NCBI GenBank assembly: GCA_036172245.1
Contig: JAYWIR010000015.1
Span: 248,001-312,000, forward strand
Origin: Raillietiella orientalis
Lineage: Eukaryota
Length of the DNA: 64,000 bases
Reading direction: 5' to 3'
Numbering within the stretch: the stretch's first letter is position 1; the number at the start of each line of letters is the position of its first letter. Shown here in pieces: positions 52,920-64,000 of this stretch. Position numbers and translations under genes: made by a program. Below the pieces are notes generated by a model. It ran no database searches. It was not told the DNA's origin and worked only from the letters and a program-made list of their open reading frames with translations.

Positions 52920-53330
52920 TGAGGGACAGCACGTGGGACCGCATTTTAATCAAGTGCGCCGCAGGGATTTCAAGCATTTCGGCGAAGCATGCTCTTTCAG
53001 AGCACCTTTTAAGGATGTACCATTTTACCGTATCGTGTACTGTACGATGCTCAGTTTTGATAGGCGTCTGTCAGCATAAGGAAAACTACCTATCGCGAGC
53101 TGGACGGTGACTGCGCAAGAGCTTTCGGCTGCAGCAGTCGCCGCACGCCTCTGTGAAGAGAGAAGCCGCTGAAACCCACAGATGCTGGAGAAGCCGGAAA
53201 CTGTATATAGGTACACATACCTGGGAAAGAACCTACTCTTCCGAGATCTTGGCTGGTTGGCTGAACAACCGCGCTTGCCCATAGGCGAGCGAGGACGTGT
53301 GCGCGCGCGAATCTTGCACGGAGTTCGGCG
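52920..53330 (+). mobile_element. Possible fossil non-LTR retrotransposon RT fragment
   Basis: Across frames: DSTWDRILIKCAAGIS, VLIGVCQ, LCEERSR*NPQ and ETVYRYTYLGKNLLFRDLGW resemble, in order, FDSVWH..LL.KL..GI, GVPQGS, WC...L..NP.K and E.V..YKYLG..L..DL.W. Spacing would require deletions. Confidence 0.4.
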
Positions 53331-54081
53331 AGATGGAACCATCAGCTTCCGAAGGCCGCGGAGAGACATCCCGCGCCTGCAGACGCGATGGAAAATCACG
53401 CAGGCAAGCCGGGAAGCGCTCCGCAGATCGCTTCCATCTTCGCGTGCACTCCTGTCCCAAGTTCAAGAACGCACGCTCTCCGAGACGAAACGCTGGGCTG
53501 AGAGGAAAGGGTTCTTTTCGTGCGCGCGTTCTACTACGTCCTATCCAGGAAAACCAGGCAGGAGGAAGGGATGGAAGTGTGGTGGATGGTGGTTAAGTGC
53601 GCGCAGATTCGAATGCAATTCTGCGAGTCGTCGAGTAGGCTGAAGCGCAGTGCGGAAAGGTTCTGCGTTTAACTCGACTCATTTAATTCGCTCGCCCATA
53701 AATTAACGGGGGGGTTGTGGCTGGTTCAAGTAGTGGGTCGTCCGTGGGCACTCGTTGCAAAACCAAGCAGTCGAAGGTCCTATGTCGAAAGCTGACTGCT
53801 GCTCGAAATCGATCGATCGTGTCGCGAGACCTCTCTGCCACGCAGAGGTGGGGGCGAACGGCCCGAGTGCAGGGGGGGGGGGGGGCTCGTGGAGGCGACC
53901 AGGCATCCCTGGTTCCTGTTCCATCCCGTTCCTGCCGTCTCAGGGATCAGCCGGCCAAGTCGCGTGGCTCGCTACTTGCTGATGCCATGTGCCTGCCTTC
54001 GCGTTCGCATTCCTTACGGTTGATTTATTCTGGATAGAAGTGCTGCTCCTGAATTATGGAGCTCACTGTTAAGTGCGTTTT

Positions 54082-54102
54082 TCTCTCTCTCTCTCTCTCT
54101 CT
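54082..54102. repeat. (TC)n microsatellite
   Basis: Direct inspection. Confidence 0.9.
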
Positions 54103-57100
54103 TCCGAAATATCCAGACGATCGGGAAGATCGTAATTCAAGCTGAGGCGAGGAAACCAAAGGAGCATCGGAGCGAAGCCTCCGTTTGTTTTTTGTCTTTT
54201 CGTTTTTTTTTTTTTTTTTTTTTTGTTCAGGCTCGCCGGCTGCCCGCTTTCCCGGGATCACTGTTACACGGGAAGGCTGTTGCTTTTTGCTTTCCTTCCT
54301 GTGGTATTGAAGCGCGGAAGGGTGGCGAAATCTCGAGATGAAGGAACTGGGTTTGCTGCAGGATCGTTTCTTGGCAGCGTTCTCTTGCTCCAATTAGCAC
54401 TTTTGCCTGTCCTTTGGCACCCACGGGCACAACTGGCGGAGATGAACCAGGACAGGTGAATCTCGTGCACCCCTATCACGCTGCGACTCGAATTTGAGCA
54501 GAATCCTCAAGGTCACTCGGGTTCGAAAGGTGGGAATATCAAAAGCGAAAGCCCTCCCGAGATCGTGGATTCCGCGCTTAGGAAAAATTCTTCGAAATCT
54601 GCAAGTGGAATGAAGAAGAGATTGCGTTGCATTTGGTACCATGCATCAGATGACCAAGTCCCAAGATGAATGTACATCGAACCGTTCATTAAACGTGGGT
54701 TAAGCCTACTCCTCCTCGATGTTATCTTAATGGACCGTGTCAAGAACATACCAAAAGGAGATTGATTTTCGATCCGGTATTCTCCTTCGCTTCGGAGAAC
54801 CAGGCATCCATTCCTCCGCACCGTCGGAGCTGGTGACTTTGTGCAGCATCCCTTTCCGATTATAAATGCATTCATTCGACCTGAAACAGAGGAGGCGCAT
54901 TCCTTCAAGGAAGCGTTTACCTCGGCCCGGCTCGCGGTGCTCTCGTCAGGGAGCTCGGAATTCGGAAATTCAATCTGGAAGAGAACATCTCCGAATCGAG
55001 GAAAACGTGGGAAATAAATGTATGTGAAAGTAATCAATTTGATTTCTTCTATTTTGGAAGGAGGAAAAAAAAAAAAAAAAAGGTTTCGAGAAATTTGCAT
55101 ACGTTTACCCTAAACAGATTTCATTCGTTACGGAATGTCTACCTATGGCCTGGGGCGAGCAATTCGCGGTCAGCTCGCTTGCAGAAATGTCTGCTGCTGC
55201 CATGCAAAGAACTACTGCAGTATGGAATCGTGATTACTGTGGACGGTTTCTTATACGCTTGTGTGATCGGTTCTTCGTCGTATTCATGCTGCGTTCTACA
55301 AGATGACCTTCCGTAGAAATGATTTGTGGCGATACGTTCTATCGTTTGGCTACTCCAAAGTGCATTGTATTATCTATATTTTGTTTTTGATCGTGCTTTT
55401 TGACCCGTCATGCACTGGCATGTCACAATAGTGATTGCTCTTCTGTTTCAAGCTCCGGACAGTCATGTGCATTGCAGGACCAAGATGCACTATGTTTATT
55501 GGAACACTTCCAATCCCCTGTAAGTCTCCAGGAGTTTTCTCAAAGTTAGAATCTAGTTTCCTTTACTGATTCTCCAAGGTAAACGCGGATTCCTGAAGAA
55601 ACGGAAGTTCATCGGTTTTTTTTTTATTTTATTTTATTTTATTTTTTTCGTTTCTGCTCGAACCCCGCTCGCGCTTGCGGAATAATCCTGGACCCTCTAG
55701 GGATTTCCTCGGCATTCTTTCCTTCCGTGTTCGGTTGGTGTTCGCAGCCTTGCATTTGACTCCTTCCTGCGTCCATTTGACCAGGGGGGCGGCGGATTGC
55801 CTCCTTTCGGCATTTCCCATGCGAGAGCCGTTTCGGATTTGTGACCTGCGCAGTCGAAACCCTAAAATCATGCGCCTTCTCTGTTGTGTGTCTGTTTTTG
55901 TTTTTGTTTTTTTTCCTCCCTTTATTTCCGCATCCTTCACCTCGCATGATGGAAGTCTCCAGTATCCGTCATTTTCGCATTTCAATTGATGCGTATCGAA
56001 TAAAACAGGTTGGGATGTCTGAAAGCACGTGGAGAGAGTGGTTGTGGGAATCCACGGAGTGTCGGGTGCCGTCGGGTGTTCTTGGGAATGAACCGCTTCC
56101 CTCGTGCGGGATGCTGGCATGCATCTGTTGTTGTTGTTTTCTCTCACTTCCAGCGTGACAGGGACGAGATAAGGACAGGGTTTGATTTGGCTGCGTCGTT
56201 ACAAGGGGACTTGCTCGGCTGCACCCGTAACCAAGTCTCCTTACGATATGATGAGGATCGCAGATCCGGCTCGCATCCATCTCCGATTCCGTTCGCTCAT
56301 TTAGGAAGAGCTGATTTAGGAAGTCGGGGCTTCGGGACCGCGGCGGCAGGGGTGCACCCGGCAGCTTATTGGAATTCGTGATTCCTTGTGTAAACGGTAT
56401 TTTAAGATGCTTCTTGTGTCAATCCGGATGCAGGAGCACTGCAGGTCTATGGTGGCGGCCTAGGAAGAGCAAGCGGAAGCCGCATCCTAATATCTGCTAC
56501 CCTTCTGAAGTGCAAAAAGTGATTCAGTTAAATGTGGATGGGGGGGGGGGGTGGAAACTGTTGCACCACGGCGCTTTCTTGGGGGTCTCGTGTATTTCGT
56601 TGAAACAGCTTGCAGAACGCAGAATAGGGAAAATGGATCTCCCGTATCTTTCCTCGGAAAGTAGAGCGTGCTCAAGCAGTGCATGGGGGATCCCCATCAC
56701 CGTTTGTTGTCACCAAGAGACGCTTCTCCGGCGCACGTGCTCTCGACGGTGTTGCGTTACGTTGTCCGTGGCAACTGACTTTGTCTTTTCCTGCGTCTCT
56801 CCAGGGGAAAGAGGCAGTGAATCTTCTGCCCCCCTCCCCGCTTCTTTCACCCATGTTTGTCCCGTATCCGTCCGTACTGGGGTTCGGACGTACCGAGAGA
56901 GTTGCGTTCGCGACCGGAAAAGTCCCCTGCGTGAGCCGGGCCGCTTGCGGCAAGGCTGCGGTGTTTCCTCTCCGGAAAGTGTTGCGAGAGAGGTGTGCTC
57001 ATGCGGAACATCGCCGCAACGGTGGAAAATTTCCAGCAGGCATTCCTCGCATCGTGACCGAATGCGGCAGTCTCACACCATGCCGCTGCTCCCTCGACGA

Positions 57101-60100
57101 AGGCACCCCACCGTTACCCACGGCGATCCTGGTTCGGGCTTTCGGAACGAACGCCCCGACCGTGGTGCACGCCTGCGATCTCCACCCTGGTGGTGCCTCT
57201 TTCGGATTCCTTTCCGAGTGTTCGGTCCCAATGAAGCAGATTGGACGGGTGGCACCGTACGAACGAGAAGCCAGGACTTAATTGAAACTTTGCAGTTGGT
57301 TACGAAACGCTTAATTATATATTGTCCTGGACTTTAATTTAAATACACGCAGAAATTTCAATTTCTAAGAATGCTCCCAACCTTGTGAAAACCCCTCAAA
57401 TTATCTTGGAAACACAATCATCAATTTAATGTCATTCAAAAATGACAACGTTAAAGATCGAACGCTCCATCTGTTATTAACGGATGAAAGTTTCCAGTTA
57501 ATTAGCAGAGGATCCTAAGCATTGACCAACCCTGTTTAATCTTTCTTCCACTGTCATTAAACAGCCATTCGGATTCACTTGGGATCCCGAAAGTGTGTGT
57601 GTGCTTGCTGTTTGTTTCCCGCTCGGGGCCTGCCCTCGGAAGAAGTCTGTCCCCGCGAAGAAGGGATCTTCCGCCACGACCAGTTGTGCAACTGAGTAAG
57701 AGGGAGGCTGCGTCTCCCTCACCGATCTTCTCAAAACATTCGAATAATGCGGATACTGAAATTGGAGCCAATTCAGGAGATTTCTGCACACTCATCTCGC
57801 CAGCAAGCAAAAGCCTGCTGCTAATGCATTATGAATCTGCGTCCACCATTTGATCGGCTGTTCCCGATATGGTTGTTACCGTTGGCAGCGCATATAAAAG
57901 ATTTCACCCGCCTAACTAAGGGCTTCGTGACTACACGGCAAAAGCGTATGTCGTTTGTCTCTGCCGCATAAAGACGGGCTATGGCTTTGCCGAAAAAAGA
58001 AAGAAGGAAAAAAAAGAGAGAGAGAGGGAGAGAGAGAAATTGCCATGTTTTCTTCTTGACTGGGGAAAAAGTCAAACAGCGCTTTCGGTGAGCCAGGCAT
58101 CTCACGTTTGCTATTAGCAGCCTTTTGTCAGTGCGTTTCGGAAAAGCCAGTATCTAGGCAACCCAACCGCGGAGAGTCTTGGCGTCGAGCACAGGGGTCT
58201 CCTCCACGTGGCATCGGTCGTGCGTGCATCGCCAGTACCCTACGTCCCTTTGAAAAACCACGAGGACGAAGCATGCCCCGCTTGGTGCCCCGATCGCATC
58301 TGCTCGTGGATGAAGCTGCACTCCAACGATCTGCTTACCGTCCTCTCCGCGCCTCTGTGCCTCGCACCCACGCACTGGGGCAGCGGCTACTTGGCTCCGA
58401 TTTCCGCTTCTTGCTCGTCACCGTGTTGGTTCGACCTTGGTTGGATCCTCTCGTGGACAGCGAACCCCGGCGCAACTACCGTGTGCTTAGTGTATGGCCG
58501 GTGGTCTCTCATTCCTCCGTCGTTTGGCGTCAACGGTTCGCCTCCTGCAGAAAGTGCCCTGGTCAGGTTTCGCTTTGCTGACCTTTCGAATAGACGACGG
58601 TCTTTGATTGTTGTTGTTGTTGTTTGGCGTAGACGCTGTTGAACCGGTTCTGCAAGCGCGAGCTCACCGGTTGTTGCCCTGGAAACCTAGCGGCTTATCC
58701 TCTTAAAAGTCACCACTCTGCGTCGCGCGGCAGGTCTTTTTCGCGCCGTTTGCGGCAGCCCCGCGTTTGGGTCTCGCGGAAACCGGAGACGGAACCGCTC
58801 TTCGAATCGCAGCATCCAGCGCGCGCTCCCTTCCAAGCTGGGAGGAGGCATCTGAAAGGAGACCGCTCCCGCGATCTCGCTTGCAGCCAGGAAGGCTGCG
58901 CGCTTCTTCTCGGGGCCCGCTGAAACCACAGCTGACGTGCCCGCGTACGGATCGGGGTGGCGCGAGCGTTGCGGCTCGCCTCGGTCCGCTCTCCTCCCGG
59001 CGCGCACACACCCTCTGAAGCGGCGGAGCACGCGCAACTACCGTGCGCTGCTTCCCTCGCTGTTGAAAGTTGCGTGCATCCACATCTGCGTGATAAAATC
59101 AGGTAGGGGACGCGCGCGCGTGCACTGCAGCCGTCCCCCGCACGCAAAAAAAGAGAGTTGTCTCCGCACTGTCGGAAAAAATCTGTGGGGGCGTGGAGGA
59201 GGAGCCGGGCGCACGGGTTCGACCTGGGTTCGACTCCGCGCGCGTCCTTGCTCTGGTGGAGGTGAGGGGGGGGGGGAGCGACGACCAGGAGCTTTCCCTC
59301 TCCGAGAAGGTCGCTGTGCGGAATGCTGGGTCGAAGACTGCAGACGTCCTTCCGTCACGGGTCAGCGCAGGAGGGAAATTCTTCTCGACAAATTGGCGGT
59401 TGCATTTTCGATGAAAGCCAAAAAGGAAGAAGAAAAGAAAAAAAAAAGTCTTTTTCTTGCTTTCCAAGCCCATGATTGATCGTCGGCGTCGCAACGTTCA
59501 CTCCCGGATATGAGCATTATGGCAGAGTACCATTAATTTTAGCTCCAGTCACTTTGATGAGTCCTGATTGGGAAAACCACCGCCACGCTCGAAATTCCTA
59601 TCGGCGTCAGCATCGGGTGCGGACGCACCGAATTTTGCGCTGCGAACTATTAATGACATGTCGACACGGAGCGAGGGCCTCTCTGCGCAGGTCTCCTCCT
59701 CGCCTCTGCGCGTTCTCAGCCGGCAGCGAAGTGCAAAACGCCTCGTCTGCGAAGGACGTCGGCCGGCTCCTCCGCCCCTTCCCTTTCCTTCCTGGGCTCG
59801 ACCCGGGAGTCCGTCTGGCTAGCGGCGGCAAGCCATCTCCGGACGGGTTTCAAGCGACCGCCGATCCAGGGAGTCCTGGCGCTCCGGCGACAGAGGCGGC
59901 GCTCGACCGAGCAACACGAGAACGACGGTCCCCGCCTTGCACTGAGCGTGTGCCGGGTGTCGGCCGTTCTTTTTCTCCCCCTCCCCCCCCCCGGCGAACT
60001 CCCCTCTGTCCAGCGATGGCAGGACGGGTCACCCGAAAAGGACGTGGAAATCAACCAACAAACGCGGAAATCTAGAATAAGTCGTTGTTCCCGAGGTCAT

Positions 60101-60813
60101 TAGACGCCAGTAATAATGGAACGAAGAAACGATTCTTTGAAAAGAACAATGGGTAGGTAATTGTTGGGATCTTCTCATGATGGCAGATAATTACCGCTCT
60201 TACCTCTCCTGGTTGTCATAGAGCGATTCGGGTGACACACCATGAGAACTGGCCACCCGGCACCTCCATGAAAGTTGAATCGTTTCCAATTTCTGGCTTT
60301 TACAACCCTTAAAGTGCGATATTGGCAGCGCGTCAAACATCTCGAGTGTGGGATGCGAGTTTATGGGGAGGCGAAGCAATCTCTTAGGAGTTATTAGATC
60401 GCCGGGTCACATTTATTTATTCTACTGATCACGCTTGATATTGTGACCCGAACACCTATGAGGTCATCGTAATCTGTCAATAACGTGCCTGTAATTTCGA
60501 AAAATCCCGTGGGAACTTGTTGCTGGACGTTGGGATTCTGCTGAATTCTTTTCTGCTCCTCTCCTGAACGCCAATTTAAGAATCGGTTTTCTTGAGGCGC
60601 GACTTTTGCAAAGTGCACTGGAAGCAGGACCGTGTAGCAATCTTTGATGCCTTTGGGAAAGGGCTCTGCGACGCGGTATTTCGGTGGGTAAGTCCCTTCA
60701 TCGTCGTGCTTGGCATTTGGCTTCAGGAACCGACGTCTTGGAATATTGATTCTTTTTTTTTTTTTTCTTCTTTCCCTCCTTTCGTGTCTTCCCTGCGAAC
60801 GTTTCTGAATTTT

Positions 60814-60849
<36 letters not shown>

Positions 60850-61396
60850 TTTTTTTTTTGTTGTTGTTGTTTTTGTTCTTCTCCCCTTTGCATTTCGTCA
60901 GACTTCTTCATCAGCTACTCAACCTCACTCTACGAAATTTCCCCTGACCTTGAAGTCGGACCGAGTGCGTCTCCCCAGCATCCTCGTAGTGAAAGGATAG
61001 CAGCAGTCCGATCGGCAGCTCTTTCAGAAGCGAGCGGGAGTGACGTGGCGAAGTCGTCGCTGAACGACGCCTGGACCGTTTCGTTCCTGGCATCTTGTCC
61101 GGGATCACTTTCCCGTCGCTGAATGCCGAAAACGGGATTTTTTCTTCGTTTCTCTTCGCGGGAAGACCGTCGCCGTTTCCCGTTTCGTTTTTCCTGTGCG
61201 CACGTCCCTTGAATGCCCCGCAGGGCCGCCGCACTTTGCACACGATGCACACACCCACAGCACGTGTTCGAACTTGCGCGTGTTCCGGGAATTCATTTTT
61301 CACGCAGTCGTGGATGTGTTTCCGGTCTGGAGAATTTTTTTGTTTGTTTTTTGTTTTCGGCGAGAGACACGTTATCCGACTTTTTGCTCTTTACAG

Positions 61397-61538
61397 ATTT
61401 CGACCGGACAACCCTGACCACATCATTGACGTGAATCGAGGAAACATACCTTTCGAGTATGACCAGGTCAACATAATCTGCCCCGTGTACTCTCCAGGAA
61501 CGAGGGAGGACGAGATTGAAAAATATATAATATACAAC
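61397..61538 (+). CDS. Ephrin: Ephrin coding exon 2 (receptor-binding domain)
   Basis: FRPDNPDHIIDVNRGNIPFEYDQVNIICPVYSPGTREDEIEKYIIYN closely resembles insect Ephrin as recalled (FRIDNTDHIIDVN...DQV.IICPVY...EKYIIYN). AG acceptor at 61395-61396, GT donor at 61539. Confidence 0.97.
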
Positions 61539-61589
61539 GTAGGCTGCAGCAGTACCTTGTGCCCCGTGCACTGTAGTCTCGATTCCCAG

Positions 61590-61758
61590 GTCTCTAAAGA
61601 GGAATACGAAACCTGCCGAATTACGAATTCGAATCCACGTGTGATAGCAGTATGCGACAAACCTTTCAAAGTCATGTATTTCACGATCACTTTCCGATCT
61701 TTCACCCCCCAGCCCGCAGGAATGGAATTTCTACCGGGCCAGGATTACTATTTCATAT
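61590..61758 (+). CDS. Ephrin: Ephrin coding exon 3 (receptor-binding domain with G-H loop)
   Basis: VSKEEYETCRITNSNPRVIAVCDKPFKVMYFTITFRSFTPQPAGMEFLPGQDYYFI contains the ephrin signature F-T-x-x-F-x-x-F-T-P...G-x-E-F-x-P-G-x-D-Y-Y-F-I. ttcccAG acceptor, GTGAGT donor. Confidence 0.97.
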
Positions 61759-61833
61759 GTGAGTTCAGACTCCTCTTTTGGAAACTGCATCTTTCTCTCT
61801 CCCCCTCTCCCCCTTTCTCTTTCCGACAACCAG

Positions 61834-61944
61834 CAACCTCAAGCAACGACGATCTTCATAGGCGAGTGGCTGGTAGATGCAAGACCAACAACATGAAAAT
61901 TGTCTTCAAAATCTGCTGCAAGCCGCAAGAAAATTCCTCCAAGA
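61834..61944 (+). CDS. Ephrin: Ephrin coding exon 4 (end of receptor-binding domain)
   Basis: (S)TSSNDDLHRRVAGRCKTNNMKIVFKICCKPQENSSK carries the conserved G-x-C-x-x-x-N-M-K motif. The phase-1 join T|CA restores YYFI-S-T. GTGAGT donor at 61945. Confidence 0.95.
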
Positions 61945-62453
61945 GTGAGTATCGGATGAAGTGTACCCTCGGAACACCACCGTGCGGAAGCTGGACGGAA
62001 ACCGATTCCTCTTCCGAGATCGCGCGGAACGCGCTCTGCTTTTCTGTTTTGATGAGCCATGAGGGGGGATGGCACGAACGCCCCTCGAATGTTTGGCGCT
62101 TGGAGTCGGAGAATCCCGTGTTCCTCTTCCGGTGCTTTCCGTGGGACGTCGGCGGCAAAAGTGCTGACCGGCTCGCTTAAGAAAGAGGCGAAAGTGTACT
62201 TAAAAATCGCTTCGACGCAGATAAAGCAGAGTTCGCAAGCAAGAGCTAATAAATAGGGAGGCTGGAGGGTCGTTTCCTGCCTTGCCCAGTAGCTCGATGC
62301 ATCTCTGCAAGCTCATAATCTTGTCTGAACGAATGGACCCTGGGGCTGCTTTTCTGTTGCATTGCTCGCGGTGGTGCCGCTCTGCTCTGCTTGAGTAGCG
62401 CGTAACTTTCGGTGCCATCCCAGCCAGCATGAACGTTTCTCGATGTCTTCCAG

Positions 62454-62480
62454 ATTCCATTAATTCCAGAAGAGGCATGG
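62454..62480 (+). CDS. Ephrin: Putative ephrin exon 5 (27-nt microexon, linker)
   Basis: tgtcttccAG acceptor, GTATGT donor, phase 1-1, open frame (N)SINSRRGM. Supported by splice signals only. Confidence 0.5.
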
Positions 62481-62594
62481 GTATGTTATCGACGCCTTTG
62501 GTAGGGACCCAGTCAACCTCCTACGCCAGAAAATCCATCACATTTTCATCATTCTCCTACCCTTCTTCGACTTCTGCCTATTTGAACTTTCCAG

Positions 62595-62654
62595 TAATCA
62601 AACACAATTTCGAAGTCCCAATTCTCGGAATGCGGCCCACGACCAAGAGAACAG
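62595..62654 (+). CDS. Ephrin: Putative ephrin exon 6 (linker)
   Basis: gaactttccAG acceptor, weak AG|GTTCGC donor, phase 1-1, open frame (V)IKHNFEVPILGMRPTTKRT. Supported by splice signals only. Confidence 0.45.
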
Positions 62655-62757
62655 GTTCGCATTTTCCGGAGATTTTGTGTGAAAGCTCTCGTTTTCTGGA
62701 GAGCCGCCGCGACTTCCATTATTCATTTAAAGAGTTCATTGACGTCTCTCTTTCTAG

Positions 62758-62915
62758 CCAATTACGCTGGAACTAAAAATCTTCAGATAGCACAGACGGA
62801 TGAACTCAACTTCAAGAGCTCACAGATGCGGCTGCGTCATGAGTTCAGATTGATTGCAGCAGCAGCAGCAGTAGTTCTGGCCTTCGTGGTCCACCCCGCT
62901 TTGTTGGACACGTGA
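62758..62915 (+). CDS. Ephrin: Ephrin terminal exon with hydrophobic GPI-signal-like tail
   Basis: tctctctttctAG acceptor in phase 1, compatible with exons 4, 5 or 6. Translation (A)NYAGTKNLQIAQTDELNFKSSQMRLRHEFRLIAAAAAVVLAFVVHPALLDT*: small residues (SS), a spacer, a ~19-aa hydrophobic stretch, then stop. Confidence 0.72.
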
Positions 62916-63278
62916 AACCTTAGCAATCCTTCTCTAAGTGTACACCAAGACGTACTTCTGAGTGCTAAGACGTGCGTCCAACGTAATGCAGTGATTTTGT
63001 TCCCAAAATACGTCAAGATGTGATATGACTTGATACGCGAATCTCTCCAAGACGAATTGGTGTTCTCGTTTTATTGAGTTTCAGTCAGAAGGGGGAGAAA
63101 GGCTTGAAAATAGAATGTGCTGTATTTTTTAAGACTGGAGGACGATCCGGAGATTCTGATGTTGTTCTAGAGCTTATCTTGCAACGGGAAAGCAAAGGAG
63201 GCCGACGCAGCACGGATGCGAGCAAGATAGTCTCACTGTGATCTAGTCTTGGATCATTCTCGGAGTGATTCTTTTGTT

Positions 63279-63284
63279 AATAAA
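63279..63284 (+). terminator. Candidate polyadenylation signal of ephrin
   Basis: AATAAA about 360 nt downstream of the stop codon in AT-rich 3'UTR-like sequence. Confidence 0.4.
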
Positions 63285-64000
63285 TAGCTGAAGCTATCTT
63301 AATTTAAGAATTTCAAAAAAAAAAAAAAAAGATTTTAGTATTACTGTAGAATAATGCCCATTTCGTTATCGTTGCTATTTTTCATTAACAAGTGGAAGAA
63401 TGCAGAAGAAAGTGTCATGTGAACGAATTCGGTATTGAAGAATTTTATTGAAAGGTGCCTATCCTACGTAAGTGCCACAGCATCGAAAAATACGTCTTTT
63501 TAAATAGTCCAGAAGAATATTTTGTGATCGAATTTTTGTAGAAAATATATTTCCGTGTCACGAAAATTGTTTATTGCTATCTTTTCCACCAACTGGGACT
63601 CCAGAGTGCTTCGATGTGCAGCAATACAGTACGTGATCTTTTATTTCGAGCCTGGTAGGCAGACAGTTATGGACCATTGTGTCTGCGAGCCTGATGAAAC
63701 CGTGGAAACGCTTCACGGGTTGCTACCGTTTCCAACGCACCAATTTCGGTATATGTGTTTCGGTAGCGTTTCTTTCGACCAGCGACTGCATCCCCGGCTG
63801 GGTACGGTTACTAAAGATGCTCGATTCCTTCTGGTGAGAGCTGTTGTGCAGCACACCTGAGGGGCTTTTAGTCTAAATAGTCCGTATACTCGTAAAATTA
63901 ATCGTTGATTAGAGGTCCTTCTCCTGATGACGTGGGGGGCGATCGAAACACCTTTAGTGCTCTCGCAGTGCAGTCTTGTAATTTCTTTGAGTGCGAGGGA

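Larger units (their letters stand above)
4894..61396 (+). other. Ephrin: Ephrin intron 1 (56,503 nt)
   Basis: GTAAGT...tttttgctctttacAG. Joining gives AAC GCA AT|A TTT CGA = WNSTNA-I-FRPDN, the expected continuous ephrin sequence. Confidence 0.85.

Noticed and set aside
54528..56052. Three GTGGGAA Su(H)-like sites
   Set aside because: The 7-mer frequency is close to chance and there is no paired-site arrangement.
56369..57337. 322-aa ORF
   Set aside because: No domain, runs through a G homopolymer, and its composition is typical of non-coding GC-rich DNA.
59105..59250. tRNA-like GGGTTCGACTCC with flanking GGACGCGCG/CGCGCGTCC
   Set aside because: The T-stem does not pair, the spacing is too long and no cloverleaf forms.
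61095..62180. 361-aa ORF as a single-exon protein
   Set aside because: It is exons 2-4 plus in-frame introns and flanking intron sequence; canonical splice sites sit exactly where ephrin similarity breaks.

Overview
Eukaryotic, arthropod-type genomic DNA, almost all of it occupied by one + strand ephrin gene. A signal-peptide exon (4736-4893) is joined across a 56.5-kb first intron to three exons encoding the ephrin receptor-binding domain (61397-61944). Three further, less certain exons follow and end in a hydrophobic, GPI-signal-like C-terminus (stop at 62915; model of 274 aa). The upstream region and the large intron hold three diverged copies of a ~0.7-kb tRNA-headed SINE-like element whose body is an array of short hairpin units; one copy carries a structured insert. 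They also hold a ~145-bp direct repeat pair, several long hairpins, probable fossil non-LTR reverse-transcriptase fragments, microsatellites and many homopolymer runs. Nearly all ORFs in the supplied track look spurious. I found no CRISPR array, rRNA, intact tRNA or intact transposon. All calls were made by eye, without database searches.
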